A stretch of DNA of 32,000 nt, taken from the NCBI RefSeq assembly GCF_000025945.1, contig NC_006138.1, positions 3,450,001-3,482,000 on the forward strand. The letters run 5' to 3'. The notes beneath the pieces are model-generated. The model was given only the letters and a program-made list of their open reading frames with translations. It made no database searches and was not told the origin of the DNA. Shown in pieces: positions 1 to 12,012 of the stretch. Numbering within the stretch: the stretch's first letter is position 1; the number at the start of each line of letters is the position of its first letter. A program made the translations under genes and the position numbers. Origin of the DNA: Desulfotalea psychrophila LSv54 (GTDB lineage: Bacteria > Desulfobacterota > Desulfobulbia > Desulfobulbales > Desulfocapsaceae).

Positions 1-1300
1 CACCGTAGATACCACCGAGAACAATCACCGGTACCATCAGGGCAAGCTTTGCATCCCAAAATGCCCGAGCAAATGTCTTAAAATTACGTTCTTTCACCTC
101 ACCCTTCCAGCCACGCTTCTTCGAATAAAAGAAACTAAAAACCATCAGGGCAAGTCCGGTAAGAAGACCGGGAACAATACCGGCAATAAAGAGATCACCT
201 ACCGATACCTGGGCGGAAACACCGTAGACGACAAAGGGGTTGGATGGAGGAATCATTACCCCGATCGCACCGGCGGTTGCCACAACGGCACAGGAAAAGT
301 ACTTATCATAGCCACGTGCCATCATGGCAGGAATGGTCAGGGAGCCAATTGCAGCAACGGTTGCAGGGCCAGAACCAGAGATTGCGGCAAAGAACATACA
401 GGTTGCAATGGTCGCAAGGGCCAGACCACCGGGCAGGGCACCGAGAAGTTCATCGGCAAGATCCAGTAGACGGCGGGAAAGCCCACCACAGCCCATGAAC
501 ACACCGGCAGCAATAAAAAATGGAATTGCCATGATGGGAAAGCTATCAATGGAGGTAAAACTCACCTGCGCCACATACTCAATGGGGAGAGAGCCGTTGG
601 CCACAACGGTGGCAAGAGCTGCAAGGCCAAGACTGATGGCAATGGGCACACCAATTACCAAAAAGAGGGCAAAGTAGCCAAAGAGCACTGACAATACGTT
701 AAAGCCACTAAATAAGATTATAGGCAAAGAGATAGCAGCACAGAGCCCCACACCAACAAGTGAATCAAGAATACCCGTTTCCTTAACCTGCTTGAAAAGA
801 TCCTGAAGCAGGCGCAGAGACATCAGGCCAAAGGCAATGGGCAGAATCAAATAGGGTATATAGTACGGTATTTGCAAGGCTGCTGTAGTCTGTGGATATC
901 TGATCTGCATACCGATATGCTTGATACCCATATACAAAATTACTGAAGTGAGGATCAAAAAGAAGACATCAACCACAACCCAGCTTATCCGTTGCAAACG
1001 CGGAGGAAGGCGATCATAAACAATATCAACTCGAATATTACTTCGATTCTTGATCGCTATGGGAACTGCCAGATAAGAGATCCAGATAAAGATAAAACGG
1101 GCAAGTTCTTCGGTCCAAACACCAGCACTCGGGTCAGCACCAAGAGGTACGCCGATATAACGGTAGGAGGTTTGGAAGACACTGATGAGAATGATAGAGA
1201 GCATTCCCAAGATAAGAAAGGGCTTTTCAAAATTATCATCAAGCCAATGCATCCAATTTTTATTGGCCGCCGGCATCTGTGGTGGTGTCGCTGAAGACAT
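1..1300 (-). CDS. TRAP transporter fused small+large permease (DctQ-DctM), 3' truncated by the window edge
   Basis: Manual minus-strand translation is open from ATG at 1300 to position 1: MSSATPPQMPAANKNWMHWLDDNFEKPFLILGMLSII...VWTEELARFIFIWISYLAVPIAIKNRSNIRVDIVYDRLP (DctQ-like) continuing without stop into ...LFGYFALFLVIGVPIAISLGLAALATVV...GALPGGLALATIATCMFFAAISGSGPATVAAIGSLTIPAMMARGYDKYFSCAVVATAGAIGVMIPPSNPFVVYG (DctM-like). The ORF track missed it because it runs off the window. Confidence 0.9.
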   Translation of the reverse strand, partial: MSSATPPQMPAANKNWMHWLDDNFEKPFLILGMLSIILISVFQTSYRYIGVPLGADPSAGVWTEELARFIFIWISYLAVPIAIKNRSNIRVDIVYDRLPPRLQRISWVVVDVFFLILTSVILYMGIKHIGMQIRYPQTTAALQIPYYIPYLILPIAFGLMSLRLLQDLFKQVKETGILDSLVGVGLCAAISLPIILFSGFNVLSVLFGYFALFLVIGVPIAISLGLAALATVVANGSLPIEYVAQVSFTSIDSFPIMAIPFFIAAGVFMGCGGLSRRLLDLADELLGALPGGLALATIATCMFFAAISGSGPATVAAIGSLTIPAMMARGYDKYFSCAVVATAGAIGVMIPPSNPFVVYGVSAQVSVGDLFIAGIVPGLLTGLALMVFSFFYSKKRGWKGEVKERNFKTFARAFWDAKLALMVPVIVLGGIYG

Positions 1301-1324
1301 AGAATATTTCCTTACTCACAATAG

Positions 1325-1409
1325 AATGCCAAAGATCATTCTGCTGAACAATCTTTGGCATTTATATTAAACAGTGAAGGCATACGTGAATCCTCATATG
1401 CCTTTTACT
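1325..1409 (-). promoter_or_regulatory. Two tandem hairpins between dctP and dctQM (1325-1336/1351-1362 and 1373-1384/1397-1409)
   Basis: AATGCCAAAGAT...ATCTTTGGCATT is a perfect 12-bp stem. AGTGAAGGCATA...TATGCCTTTTACT is a near-perfect stem with one bulge. Neither has a strong U tail, so processing or attenuation is more likely than a simple terminator. Confidence 0.6.
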
Positions 1410-1420
1410 GAAGCTAAAAA

Positions 1421-2521
<1,101 letters not shown>

Positions 2522-2827
2522 TCATTTCGCAATAAGTGTGCCAATAACTGACAATCATCTGAATGCCGTGCGATAATGACACATTCCCATGCCAAGGAGA
2601 CAAAAACAACACGTCAGCATACTAATGCAAAAAAGCAACAGAAAGAAGCCTAGGCTAGAAGAGAAAACATTTCAAAATATTGTAATCATTCAACTTCACC
2701 AAGGACTAACGGCGAATGGCCAATAACAGCACAGGTGTGCATTTAAACAACATGTTGTACAATTGCACACGCTGTGCTGTTTTCACTCATCTTCCAAGAG
2801 CCATCATTACCAGATCAGCAGAAACGA

Positions 2828-2862
2828 TAAAAAAAGGCCCCTCTGGAAAATCCAGAGGGGCC
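2828..2862 (-). terminator. Rho-independent terminator after dctP copy 2
   Basis: ggcccctctgg/ccagaggggcc stem (2836-2846/2852-2862), followed on the minus strand by a T run. Confidence 0.85.
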
Positions 2863-2893
2863 TACCTGAGCTCCGATCAACCACTAAAAAACG

Positions 2894-4043
<1,150 letters not shown>

Positions 4044-4096
4044 TAACGCCCCCCTCTCCCTACGAACAACAAACTACACAATAGATATTATGCTAT

Positions 4097-5521
4097 TCAG
4101 GATACTTCCCCATCGGTATACTTTCTTATCTTACGAAATATTGTTGTCCTATTCACATTCATAACCTTGGCAACCTTGGCAATAGAACCATGCACCTTGA
4201 GGGCCTCCAGCAAGACATCCTTTTCAAGCTCGGCCATAATCTCCTTTAAAGATTTCCCCTCAAAGTTAGCATAATTCGCCTGCAGGCCGACAGCACTATT
4301 GTCAAGCTTCCTCTTTGCACACTGCATGGCTGGGGGTAAATCCTCTTCACGAATAACCCCCTCAAGACTGGTAACCACCAAACTATGAATCAAATTCTCC
4401 AGTTCACGCACATTGCCAGGCCAAGCGTATTGAAGAAGCGCCTCCTCAGCAGTGGGAAAGAGACGTATTGTCTTTTTATACTTTTGATAAAATCTTTCCA
4501 GAAAAAATTGAATCAGCGGCAGAATATCCTCCTGGCGTTCACGCAAAGCCGGAACATGGACCACGGCCACCCGAAGACGATAAAAGAGATCACTTCTAAA
4601 ATTACCGGCGACCACCTCCTGCTCCAAATCCCTATTGGTCGCAGCAATAATACGCACATCAACAGCACGAGGCTGAGTTGAACCCACCCGAACAATTTCA
4701 CCATCCTGAAGGGCACGCAACAATCGTCCCTGCATAGGCAGGGGCAGTTCCCCTATTTCATCAAGGAAGAGGGTTCCCTTATCGGCAATTTCAAAAAAGC
4801 CAGCCTTGCCCTTACTACTTGCCCCGGAAAAGGCACCGGCAACATAGCCAAAGAGCTCAGATTCGATGAGATTTTCAGGAATACTGGTACAATCTACCTT
4901 AAAGAATGGTTTGTTAGCCCGGTCACTACGCTCATGAATCCTATGGGCAAGTACATCTTTTCCTACCCCCGTTTCACCAAGCAAGAGAACAGTTGCATCG
5001 GTGCTGGCCACTCTATCAAGGACCCCAAGCAATTTCTGCATAAGAGGACTCTCGGTAATAATTTGTTTTTGTACCGAAAGTTTCTGGATATTCGAACTAA
5101 ACTTTTCAATCATGTCCCGTTGATGATTGATCTGACTTTGAAAACGAGACATAACCGTAACATCGCGCACAAAGGTAACAACAAGCTCAACATCTTCATC
5201 ATAATCAAAGATAGGATGGCCCACCAGGAGCACCCTCCGACCCTTACTTGTTACCTGTACCCTCGTCATGCTCTTCCCTGAAGTAACAATATCAGGGTTC
5301 AGGGCAGTATCAAAAGTACCATCATCTACAAGATCTTTAATGTTTTTCCCTAAAACATCTTTGGCCTTAAGGCCTGAGAGTTGTTCATACGTCCTGTTGA
5401 TAGCAATAGTCATCCCATGCCTATCTGTTACATAGAGACCATCAATAGACGTATTCAGAACACTACACAAATTACTAACGATTAAGTGTCGATATTCAGG
5501 AATAATATAATTCATACGCAA
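4097..5521 (-). CDS. Sigma54-interacting transcriptional regulator (PAS + AAA+ + Fis-type HTH)
   Basis: N-terminal PAS-like segment; LLLGETGVGKDVLAHRIH Walker A; ELFGYVAGAFSGA, a GAFTGA-type motif in variant form; C-terminal HTH GSIAKVAKVMNVNRTTIFRKIRKY. Confidence 0.93.
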   Translation of the reverse strand: MRMNYIIPEYRHLIVSNLCSVLNTSIDGLYVTDRHGMTIAINRTYEQLSGLKAKDVLGKNIKDLVDDGTFDTALNPDIVTSGKSMTRVQVTSKGRRVLLVGHPIFDYDEDVELVVTFVRDVTVMSRFQSQINHQRDMIEKFSSNIQKLSVQKQIITESPLMQKLLGVLDRVASTDATVLLLGETGVGKDVLAHRIHERSDRANKPFFKVDCTSIPENLIESELFGYVAGAFSGASSKGKAGFFEIADKGTLFLDEIGELPLPMQGRLLRALQDGEIVRVGSTQPRAVDVRIIAATNRDLEQEVVAGNFRSDLFYRLRVAVVHVPALRERQEDILPLIQFFLERFYQKYKKTIRLFPTAEEALLQYAWPGNVRELENLIHSLVVTSLEGVIREEDLPPAMQCAKRKLDNSAVGLQANYANFEGKSLKEIMAELEKDVLLEALKVHGSIAKVAKVMNVNRTTIFRKIRKYTDGEVS

Positions 5522-5659
5522 AAAAAACCCGCCTCTGTCTGCTTGTTAAATTTATGCTTTTACATCTCTTCTCTGGGGCATAACCAGCTCGCAAGGCTCA
5601 TAAATGCTGTAAGGGGAAATAAGAATTCTCCTGTCCCAACCTTGTGACAACTAACTATC

Positions 5660-6550
5660 TTATCGAGAAAATTTCAAGGTAATCTCTTGTTCATCTTCAC
5701 CAAACTGCAGCTGATCAAAATCATTTAGCCTGTAACGACGAATAAGACTCCGCAAGTCTTTCACATACCTATCCCCTATTTCCGAATAGTAGAGAAGCCC
5801 CTCTGCCATCTCAGTACCCTTTGGAAATTGTCCATTTTTACGGTCTGCGGCCCTGATAGAGCGAAGCAAACGATAGCTACGGTGGCTATTCAAATTTTGA
5901 ATATAACTCTCTGTTGCCGAAAAGATAGTGGCAAAGGCGGCGACCTTCGCATCGCTGCCAAGGGCCTTTATATGAGGTGCATTACTGGAAGCGGGTACAT
6001 GTTCCCCATAGAGGGCATTACCTGAAACGGCAAAACGAGAGGTCCCCCAACCACTTTCTAAAATAGCCTGGGCAAGGACCAGCGATGGCGGAATAATATC
6101 TACCCGAAGCAAAAGATCAGCCATTCCAGATCTACTGCCATACTTTATAGCCAATGCTGCTCGCCACTGCTCTTCATCCGGGGTGAGATGTGCACCCTCT
6201 GCCTCCATCTTCGCTAAAGCCTGAAGGCGACTACGCTCCCCGGCAACCATATTATTTGCCCGCACCACTTCAGGCAGGATTAATTCGACAAAGGCCTCTG
6301 CTTTTTGGCCAGTAGATATCCCCAACCAACTCTGCGGCAGATTCTGGGCAAACAAAAATGGCACAGTAGCCCCTATCCGAGCAGGTTGCTTGCTACCATA
6401 GGTCTCTACGAGAAAGGCCAAATACTCTTGACCAGTTGTAAACTCTTTAACAATAGCTTCCCTCTTCGGTTCCGGGGCAACCACCATCTTGCAGGCATAA
6501 AAAACCATAAGACTCAGAAGAACAGAGAGGATGAAGATAGATCTTTTCAT
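5660..6550 (-). CDS. Bax-like glucosaminidase-domain protein
   Basis: IIPPSLVLAQAILESGWGTSRFAVSGNALYGEH...FATIFSATESYIQNLNSHRSYRLLR with an N-terminal signal/lipoprotein-like region (VFYACK). Confidence 0.8.
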   Translation of the reverse strand: MKRSIFILSVLLSLMVFYACKMVVAPEPKREAIVKEFTTGQEYLAFLVETYGSKQPARIGATVPFLFAQNLPQSWLGISTGQKAEAFVELILPEVVRANNMVAGERSRLQALAKMEAEGAHLTPDEEQWRAALAIKYGSRSGMADLLLRVDIIPPSLVLAQAILESGWGTSRFAVSGNALYGEHVPASSNAPHIKALGSDAKVAAFATIFSATESYIQNLNSHRSYRLLRSIRAADRKNGQFPKGTEMAEGLLYYSEIGDRYVKDLRSLIRRYRLNDFDQLQFGEDEQEITLKFSR

Positions 6551-6840
6551 AAATTTAAAATTCCCTTAGCGGGCAGAGACTTAGCCTCCACCAGTAATTA
6601 TAAAAAATAGCCCTCTACTAAAAAAGAGAGCAATAGCTCAACTCTTTTTCGTTTAAAAGAACCACAAGGTGTGACATACAGATGAAATCCTACTAAAGTA
6701 TTAGTCTGCAATAAAAAATCAATAGTTTATTAAAATCAACCTTTCTACAAAGACTATTTTTCTCTACCAAAAGAACACAAATGATTGTTTATTGGATAGA
6801 GATTTTCTGCATACAGTTAAATATAAGAGGAGAGCTTGGC

Positions 6841-7929
6841 ATGTCGAGTAGCTTTGGTACATTGTATAAGGTCAGCACCTACGGGGAGTCACACTGCAAG
6901 GGTGTCGGTGTTGTTATAGATGGTTGCCCCCCTGGGCTTGAATTAAGCGAAGCAGATATCCAACGACAACTGGATCGCAGAAGGCCGGGCCAGAATGTCC
7001 TGACCACCGACCGTAAGGAGGCCGATCAGGTAATGATTCTCTCGGGAACCGAAAATGGTAAGACCTTGGGAACGCCCATTGCCCTTCATGTCAACAACCG
7101 GGATCAACGTCCCGGAGATTATGGCGACATCAGCGACCTACCCAGACCATCCCATGCCGATTTTACCTACCAGATGAAATATGGTATCCGGGCAAGTTCC
7201 GGGGGTGGACGTGCCAGTGCCAGAGAAACCATCGGCACCGTTGCAGCAGGTGCCGTGGCCATGAAGGTACTGAAAAAAAAGTATGGCATCGAAATCGTCG
7301 CCTGGGTTGAAAGTGTTGGCCCTATTCAGGCAAGCGGTATCAACCCTGACACCATAAGCCGGGAAGAAGTTGATAAACAGATCAGCCGCTGCCCCGACCA
7401 AATAACTGCCGCAGAGATGGAAAAATTTATCACGGAACTCAAGGAACGAGGTGATTCAACGGGAGGAATAGTCACCTGCTGTATCCGCAATAGCCCCGTG
7501 GGCCTTGGCGAACCAATCTATGAGAAGCTTGAGGCAAAACTTGCCCAGGCAATGCTCGCCATCCCAGCAAGCAAGGGCTTTGAAATAGGATCCGGTTTTG
7601 CCGGGAGCAGACAATTAGGCTCTGAGCACAACGACTTATTTATATGGAAGGATAACAGACTCGGCACCTCAACAAACAACTCCGGGGGCATCCAAGGGGG
7701 CATATCAAACGGAGAGCCTATACTCTTCCGCGTCGCCTTTAAACCGACCGCCACCATCTCTCTGCCTCAGGAAACAGCCACCTTCACAGGCAAGACAGAA
7801 ACCATGCAGGCCAAGGGCCGCCATGACCCCTGTGTTGTCTCCCGAGCGATACCCATTGTTGAATCCATGGCAGCCCTGGTCCTCCTGGACATGGCCATGA
7901 GACAGGAGAGCCGCAAGAGCTTCTTCTAG
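6841..7929 (+). CDS. aroC: Chorismate synthase
   Basis: [51 protein letters not shown]...[21 protein letters not shown]...[19 protein letters not shown] is close to ATG 6841, so the ORF-track start at 6781 is probably too early. Confidence 0.98.
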
Positions 7930-8132
7930 GGTCTGAGCTGTTCTCTTTCCTCTTGACTCCCTAAAAAAGGTTCCTTACTGAAGGGAGAAAAGAGGAATCC
8001 TTAGAAAAAGAGCTTGAATCTCTCTCTATAACGCAGTACAAGATTTGCTCCCCGGACGTGTGATGATGCACGCCCTCCTACCCCATCATTTTTTTACGAG
8101 AGTACCGGCAACTAACCGTAACCGGTAACATT

Positions 8133-10220
8133 TTGAGTATGCCATTCAAAAAAAAATCGCTCAGTGCATTTCTTGACCGACAGGCTCCACCGGAGGGATT
8201 GCTCCTTTTAGGTCTTGCCATCCTCATTGGAGTCATTACAGGTGTTGGTTCTGTAATTTTCATCAAACTCATCCACCTTATCCAGTCCTTTTTCTACACT
8301 GGTGTGTACGAGAAAATACCTTTTCTGGGCAAATGGATATATGTTGTCGCCCCAGTCATAGGTGGCCTGCTGGTCGGGCCCCTGATCCTCCTTGCCAAGG
8401 AGGCAAAGGGACACGGCGTTCCCGAGGTCATGCAGGCTCTGGTGCTCCGAGGAGGACGAATTCGCGGACGAGTTGCAGCCGCCAAGATCGTAGCCTCGGC
8501 AATCTGTATCGGCACGGGTGGTTCTGCCGGTCGTGAAGGCCCAATCATCCAGGTCGGTGCAGCCTTTGGCTCCAGCCTCGGGCAAATACTCAAACTCTCC
8601 GACGAACGAATTCGCAACCTGGTGGCCTGTGGCGCAGCAGCAGGTATTGCTGCCACCTTTAATGCCCCCATCGCAGGCGTTGTCTTTGCCATAGAAGTAC
8701 TGATGTTTAACATCCACATCCGGGCCTTTGGTAATGTGGTAATCTCCTCGGTGGCCGCATCCATCGTCAGTAGACTTTTCCTGGGCCATGGAGCCGCCTT
8801 CGCCGTACCTACCTACACAATGGCCAACCCCGTTGAACTAGTTCTCTACTTCATCCTTGGTCTTACCGCCGCTCTGGTTGGTGTTTTCTTCATCCGCATT
8901 CTTGATGTCGCTGAGACTGTCTTTGATAACTGGGATTTTCCACAGATATTCAAACCTGCCGTCGGCGCAGCCTGTCTGGGCGTTATCGGCCTTATCTATA
9001 TGTCCTTCCCAGGCTTTGTTGATCCAAACGCTACCGGCGTTCACGGCCCTATTACCGCTGCCCCCATTCCTCATATGTTCGGCACCGGCTTTCCCTTCAT
9101 TGGATATGCACTGCAGGGTAAGGGCTCCTTTTGGGTCCTCCTCATGCTGGTATTCTTAAAACCGCTGGCCACCACCTTCACCCTGGGCTCGGGTAACTCC
9201 GGTGGCGTTTTTGCCCCATCTCTTTTCACCGGGGCAATGCTCGGTGGAGCAATGGGACATGTTTTTCTCTACTTCTTCCCTGGAATCACAGGAAACATTG
9301 GCGCCTATGCCCTCGTCGGCATGGCAGCTCTCTTCTCGGCAACAGCCCGGGCTCCACTAACAGCAATGCTTATTGTCTTTGAGATGAGTGGCGATTACGA
9401 GATGATCCTGCCACTTATGATTGCCGGCGTCACCGCCTGTTATGTTGCTCAGTGGCTTCATCCTGAATCCATCTATACTACCAAGCTGGCCAAGCGAGGC
9501 GTTCGCTTTTCCGGGGGTAGAGACATGGACATTATGCAAGGGGTGCGGGTTAGCGAGGTCATGCGCAACCGACCTGTAACGGTGCATAAGAATCAACCCA
9601 TCAGCGAACTCCTTGCCCTCTTCCAAGAGACCAACCTTCTTGGTTTTCCGGTAGTGGCCGATGACAACAAAGTCTGGGGTATTGTTACCCTACAGGATAT
9701 GCACAAGGCAGAATCAAAACCTGACTTTTCATCTAAAGGACTGGTTGTGGCAGATATTGCTACCGAAGATCCTATCACCGCCTTTAGCGATGAACCCATC
9801 TGGACGGCAATTCAAAAGATGAGCCCCAGAGACCTTGCCCGCCTCCCCGTTGTCAGCCGAGACGGTTCAGGCCAACTCTGCGGTGTAATTAGCAGGAGTG
9901 ATATTCTCCGTGCTTACGATGTGGGCGTTATGCGCAAACAGCGAGGTCAATTTGTTGAGGGGCAGGTTGATCTGCGTAAGCAGACCGAAAATGCCTTTAT
10001 GGAGTTTGTTATCTCGGAATCAGATACCTGTAATCAAAAATGCATCCGTGATCTCTCACTGCCGGAGCATGTTAACCTCGTTTCCATCAAGCGGGCAGGT
10101 GAGATTATTATCCCCCGGGGCAAGACCCAGTTGCTGGCAGGTGATGTGGTGAGTATATACGGCAAAATCAAAGAAAATGAAGAGACCAAGAACATGCTCA
10201 GCTGTTCCTCTCCATCATAG
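8133..10220 (+). CDS. ClC-family chloride channel/transporter with CBS pair and C-terminal TrkA_C-like domain
   Basis: GTGGSAGREGPIIQVGAAFGS and GSGNSGGVFAPSLFTG ClC signatures; CBS-like repeats from VSEVMRNRPVTV; C-terminus DLSLPEHVNLVSIKRAGEIIIPRGKTQLLAGDVVSIYG resembles RCK_C/TrkA_C. Confidence 0.93.
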   Translation: MSMPFKKKSLSAFLDRQAPPEGLLLLGLAILIGVITGVGSVIFIKLIHLIQSFFYTGVYEKIPFLGKWIYVVAPVIGGLLVGPLILLAKEAKGHGVPEVMQALVLRGGRIRGRVAAAKIVASAICIGTGGSAGREGPIIQVGAAFGSSLGQILKLSDERIRNLVACGAAAGIAATFNAPIAGVVFAIEVLMFNIHIRAFGNVVISSVAASIVSRLFLGHGAAFAVPTYTMANPVELVLYFILGLTAALVGVFFIRILDVAETVFDNWDFPQIFKPAVGAACLGVIGLIYMSFPGFVDPNATGVHGPITAAPIPHMFGTGFPFIGYALQGKGSFWVLLMLVFLKPLATTFTLGSGNSGGVFAPSLFTGAMLGGAMGHVFLYFFPGITGNIGAYALVGMAALFSATARAPLTAMLIVFEMSGDYEMILPLMIAGVTACYVAQWLHPESIYTTKLAKRGVRFSGGRDMDIMQGVRVSEVMRNRPVTVHKNQPISELLALFQETNLLGFPVVADDNKVWGIVTLQDMHKAESKPDFSSKGLVVADIATEDPITAFSDEPIWTAIQKMSPRDLARLPVVSRDGSGQLCGVISRSDILRAYDVGVMRKQRGQFVEGQVDLRKQTENAFMEFVISESDTCNQKCIRDLSLPEHVNLVSIKRAGEIIIPRGKTQLLAGDVVSIYGKIKENEETKNMLSCSSPS

Positions 10221-10225
10221 CGTAC

Positions 10226-10260
10226 GAGCCCCTATTGACTGCCACAGCCAATAGGGGCTC
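10226..10260. repeat. 12-bp perfect hairpin downstream of clc, possible terminator
   Basis: GAGCCCCTATTG (10226-10237) / CAATAGGGGCTC (10249-10260). No immediate U tail. Confidence 0.5.
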
Positions 10261-10379
10261 ACAGGGCTCGTCAGCCAGTAACAACCCTTTGCTTTTTTTG
10301 ACACTACGACAAAAAAATGCTTATCTTGTAAAGACTGCCTGCTGTTGACAAAAAACTCCTTTTTTAAAGAGATGCCCCT

Positions 10380-11231
10380 ATGAAAAACAGATTACTTCTC
10401 CTCCTGAGTACCATCCTCTTTTTCAGCACTCCCTGCCATGGCCAAACAATCCCCACTGTTTTCGTCAGTATCCCCCCACAGAAATTCTTTATTGACAGTA
10501 TAGCAGGTGGAAATGTACAGGTGCAGATCATGGTCAATCCAGGCGCCAACCCCATTACCTATGAGCCTAAGCCATCGCAAATGATAGCCCTGAGCCGAAG
10601 TATCGCCTATTTTTCCATAGGGGTACCATTTGAGCAGGCTTGGCTGGATCGCATCAGGGGAGTAAATTCCCATATGAATCTGATACCTACGGACAAGGGC
10701 ATCAAAAAAAGGAAGATGACCGCTCAGCATGGAGCAGATGGCCCGGGAACAGACCCGCATATCTGGCTCTCTCCCCGGTTAGTAAAGGTTCAAGCGCTGA
10801 CCATCAAGGATGCTCTGATTAAACTCATCCCTGAAAAGCAGTCTGTCTTTGAAAAAAATTACCGCACCTTCCTCCTCCAAATAGATCAGTTAGAGCAGGA
10901 GATAGGCGCCTCTCTGCTGGGACAGGCAGACAAGAAATTTTTGGTCTTCCATCCCTCCTGGGGATACTTCGCCCGGGACTTTGGTCTCACTCAGGTTGCC
11001 ATAGAGATAGAGGGCAAGGAACCCAAACCTGCCCAACTGACGGCAATTATCAAGGAGTGCCAGCAGGCCGGCATTCGTATCATTTTTGCCCAACCTCAAT
11101 TCTCCCAAAGAAGTGCTCGCACCATCGCCAAGGCAATAAGAGGCCAGGTGATTCTCATCGACCCCCTAGGCGAAAATTGGCTGCAAAATATGCGGGATGT
11201 TGCCAACAAACTCCAAGAACTGACAGAATAA
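10380..11231 (+). CDS. znuA: Metal (Zn/Mn) ABC transporter substrate-binding protein
   Basis: Signal peptide; TVFVSIPPQKFFIDSIAGGNVQVQIMVNPGANPITYEPKPSQM; DPHIWLSPRLVKVQ; ZnuA/TroA family pattern. Confidence 0.88.
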   Translation: MKNRLLLLLSTILFFSTPCHGQTIPTVFVSIPPQKFFIDSIAGGNVQVQIMVNPGANPITYEPKPSQMIALSRSIAYFSIGVPFEQAWLDRIRGVNSHMNLIPTDKGIKKRKMTAQHGADGPGTDPHIWLSPRLVKVQALTIKDALIKLIPEKQSVFEKNYRTFLLQIDQLEQEIGASLLGQADKKFLVFHPSWGYFARDFGLTQVAIEIEGKEPKPAQLTAIIKECQQAGIRIIFAQPQFSQRSARTIAKAIRGQVILIDPLGENWLQNMRDVANKLQELTE

Positions 11232-11235
11232 GCCT

Positions 11236-12012
11236 ATGCAAGTACCCCTTATCGAAATCAGAGATCTCTGCCACTCCTACCAGAATCAGGAGGTATTGCA
11301 CCATATAAACCTGGAGGTATATCATGGTGATTTTATCTCTATAATTGGCCCAAACGGCGGGGGAAAAACAACCCTTTTAAAATTGATCATCGGCCTGCTC
11401 AAACCTACCCGGGGTGAGATCCTTATCAAGGGCCAGCCCTTTGATAAGGAGAGGGCCACCATCGGCTATGTACCTCAATACATCAATCACAACCTCAACT
11501 TCCCCGCAACCGCCCTCGATGTCGTTTTAATGGGTTGCCATAGACCCGCCAGGAGATTTAAGCTCGGCCACTGTAAAAAAGATCGAGAGGCAGCCCAACT
11601 CTCCCTTGAAAAAATTGGCATTGAGAACTGTGCAGAAAAAAAAATCAGGGATCTCTCCGGTGGACAACGGCAGAGAGTGCTCATTGCCAGAGCCCTGGTC
11701 TCAGAACCTGAACTGCTGGTACTCGACGAACCTACAGCCAGTATCGATACCAAAGGGCAGACAGATTTTTATAATTTACTTCAGGAGCTGAACAAAGATA
11801 TCACCATCCTCATGGTCAGCCATGATCTCCTGATGATCTCCTCCTATGCAAAGTCAATTGCCTGCCTCAATAAAGGCCTCAGCTACCACCCAACATTTAC
11901 ATCCTTTAACGATGTGCTCAATGCCTTCTACTCCTGCTCTGTCAAAAATTCCTGCCTCTCTACTACCCTCAGTCAGGAGCATTTACAAATTCACCAAAAG
12001 GGGAGTCTCTGA
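11236..12012 (+). CDS. znuC: Metal ABC transporter ATP-binding protein
   Basis: SIIGPNGGGKTTLLKLIIG Walker A, LSGGQRQRVLIARAL signature, PELLVLDEPTASID Walker B. Confidence 0.93.
   Translation: MQVPLIEIRDLCHSYQNQEVLHHINLEVYHGDFISIIGPNGGGKTTLLKLIIGLLKPTRGEILIKGQPFDKERATIGYVPQYINHNLNFPATALDVVLMGCHRPARRFKLGHCKKDREAAQLSLEKIGIENCAEKKIRDLSGGQRQRVLIARALVSEPELLVLDEPTASIDTKGQTDFYNLLQELNKDITILMVSHDLLMISSYAKSIACLNKGLSYHPTFTSFNDVLNAFYSCSVKNSCLSTTLSQEHLQIHQKGSL

Noticed and set aside
244-677. Small plus-strand ORFs (84 and 117 aa) near the left edge
   Set aside because: They are antisense to the continuous DctQM frame and have no recognisable features.
6781-6840. N-terminal 20-residue extension of AroC in the ORF track
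   Set aside because: The family normally begins near [18 protein letters not shown], and ATG 6841 has a suitable RBS (ggagagcttggc).
8021-8132. Fluoride riboswitch upstream of the ClC gene
   Set aside because: The consensus segments could not be matched, and the channel has the classical GREGP motif rather than the fluoride-type pattern.
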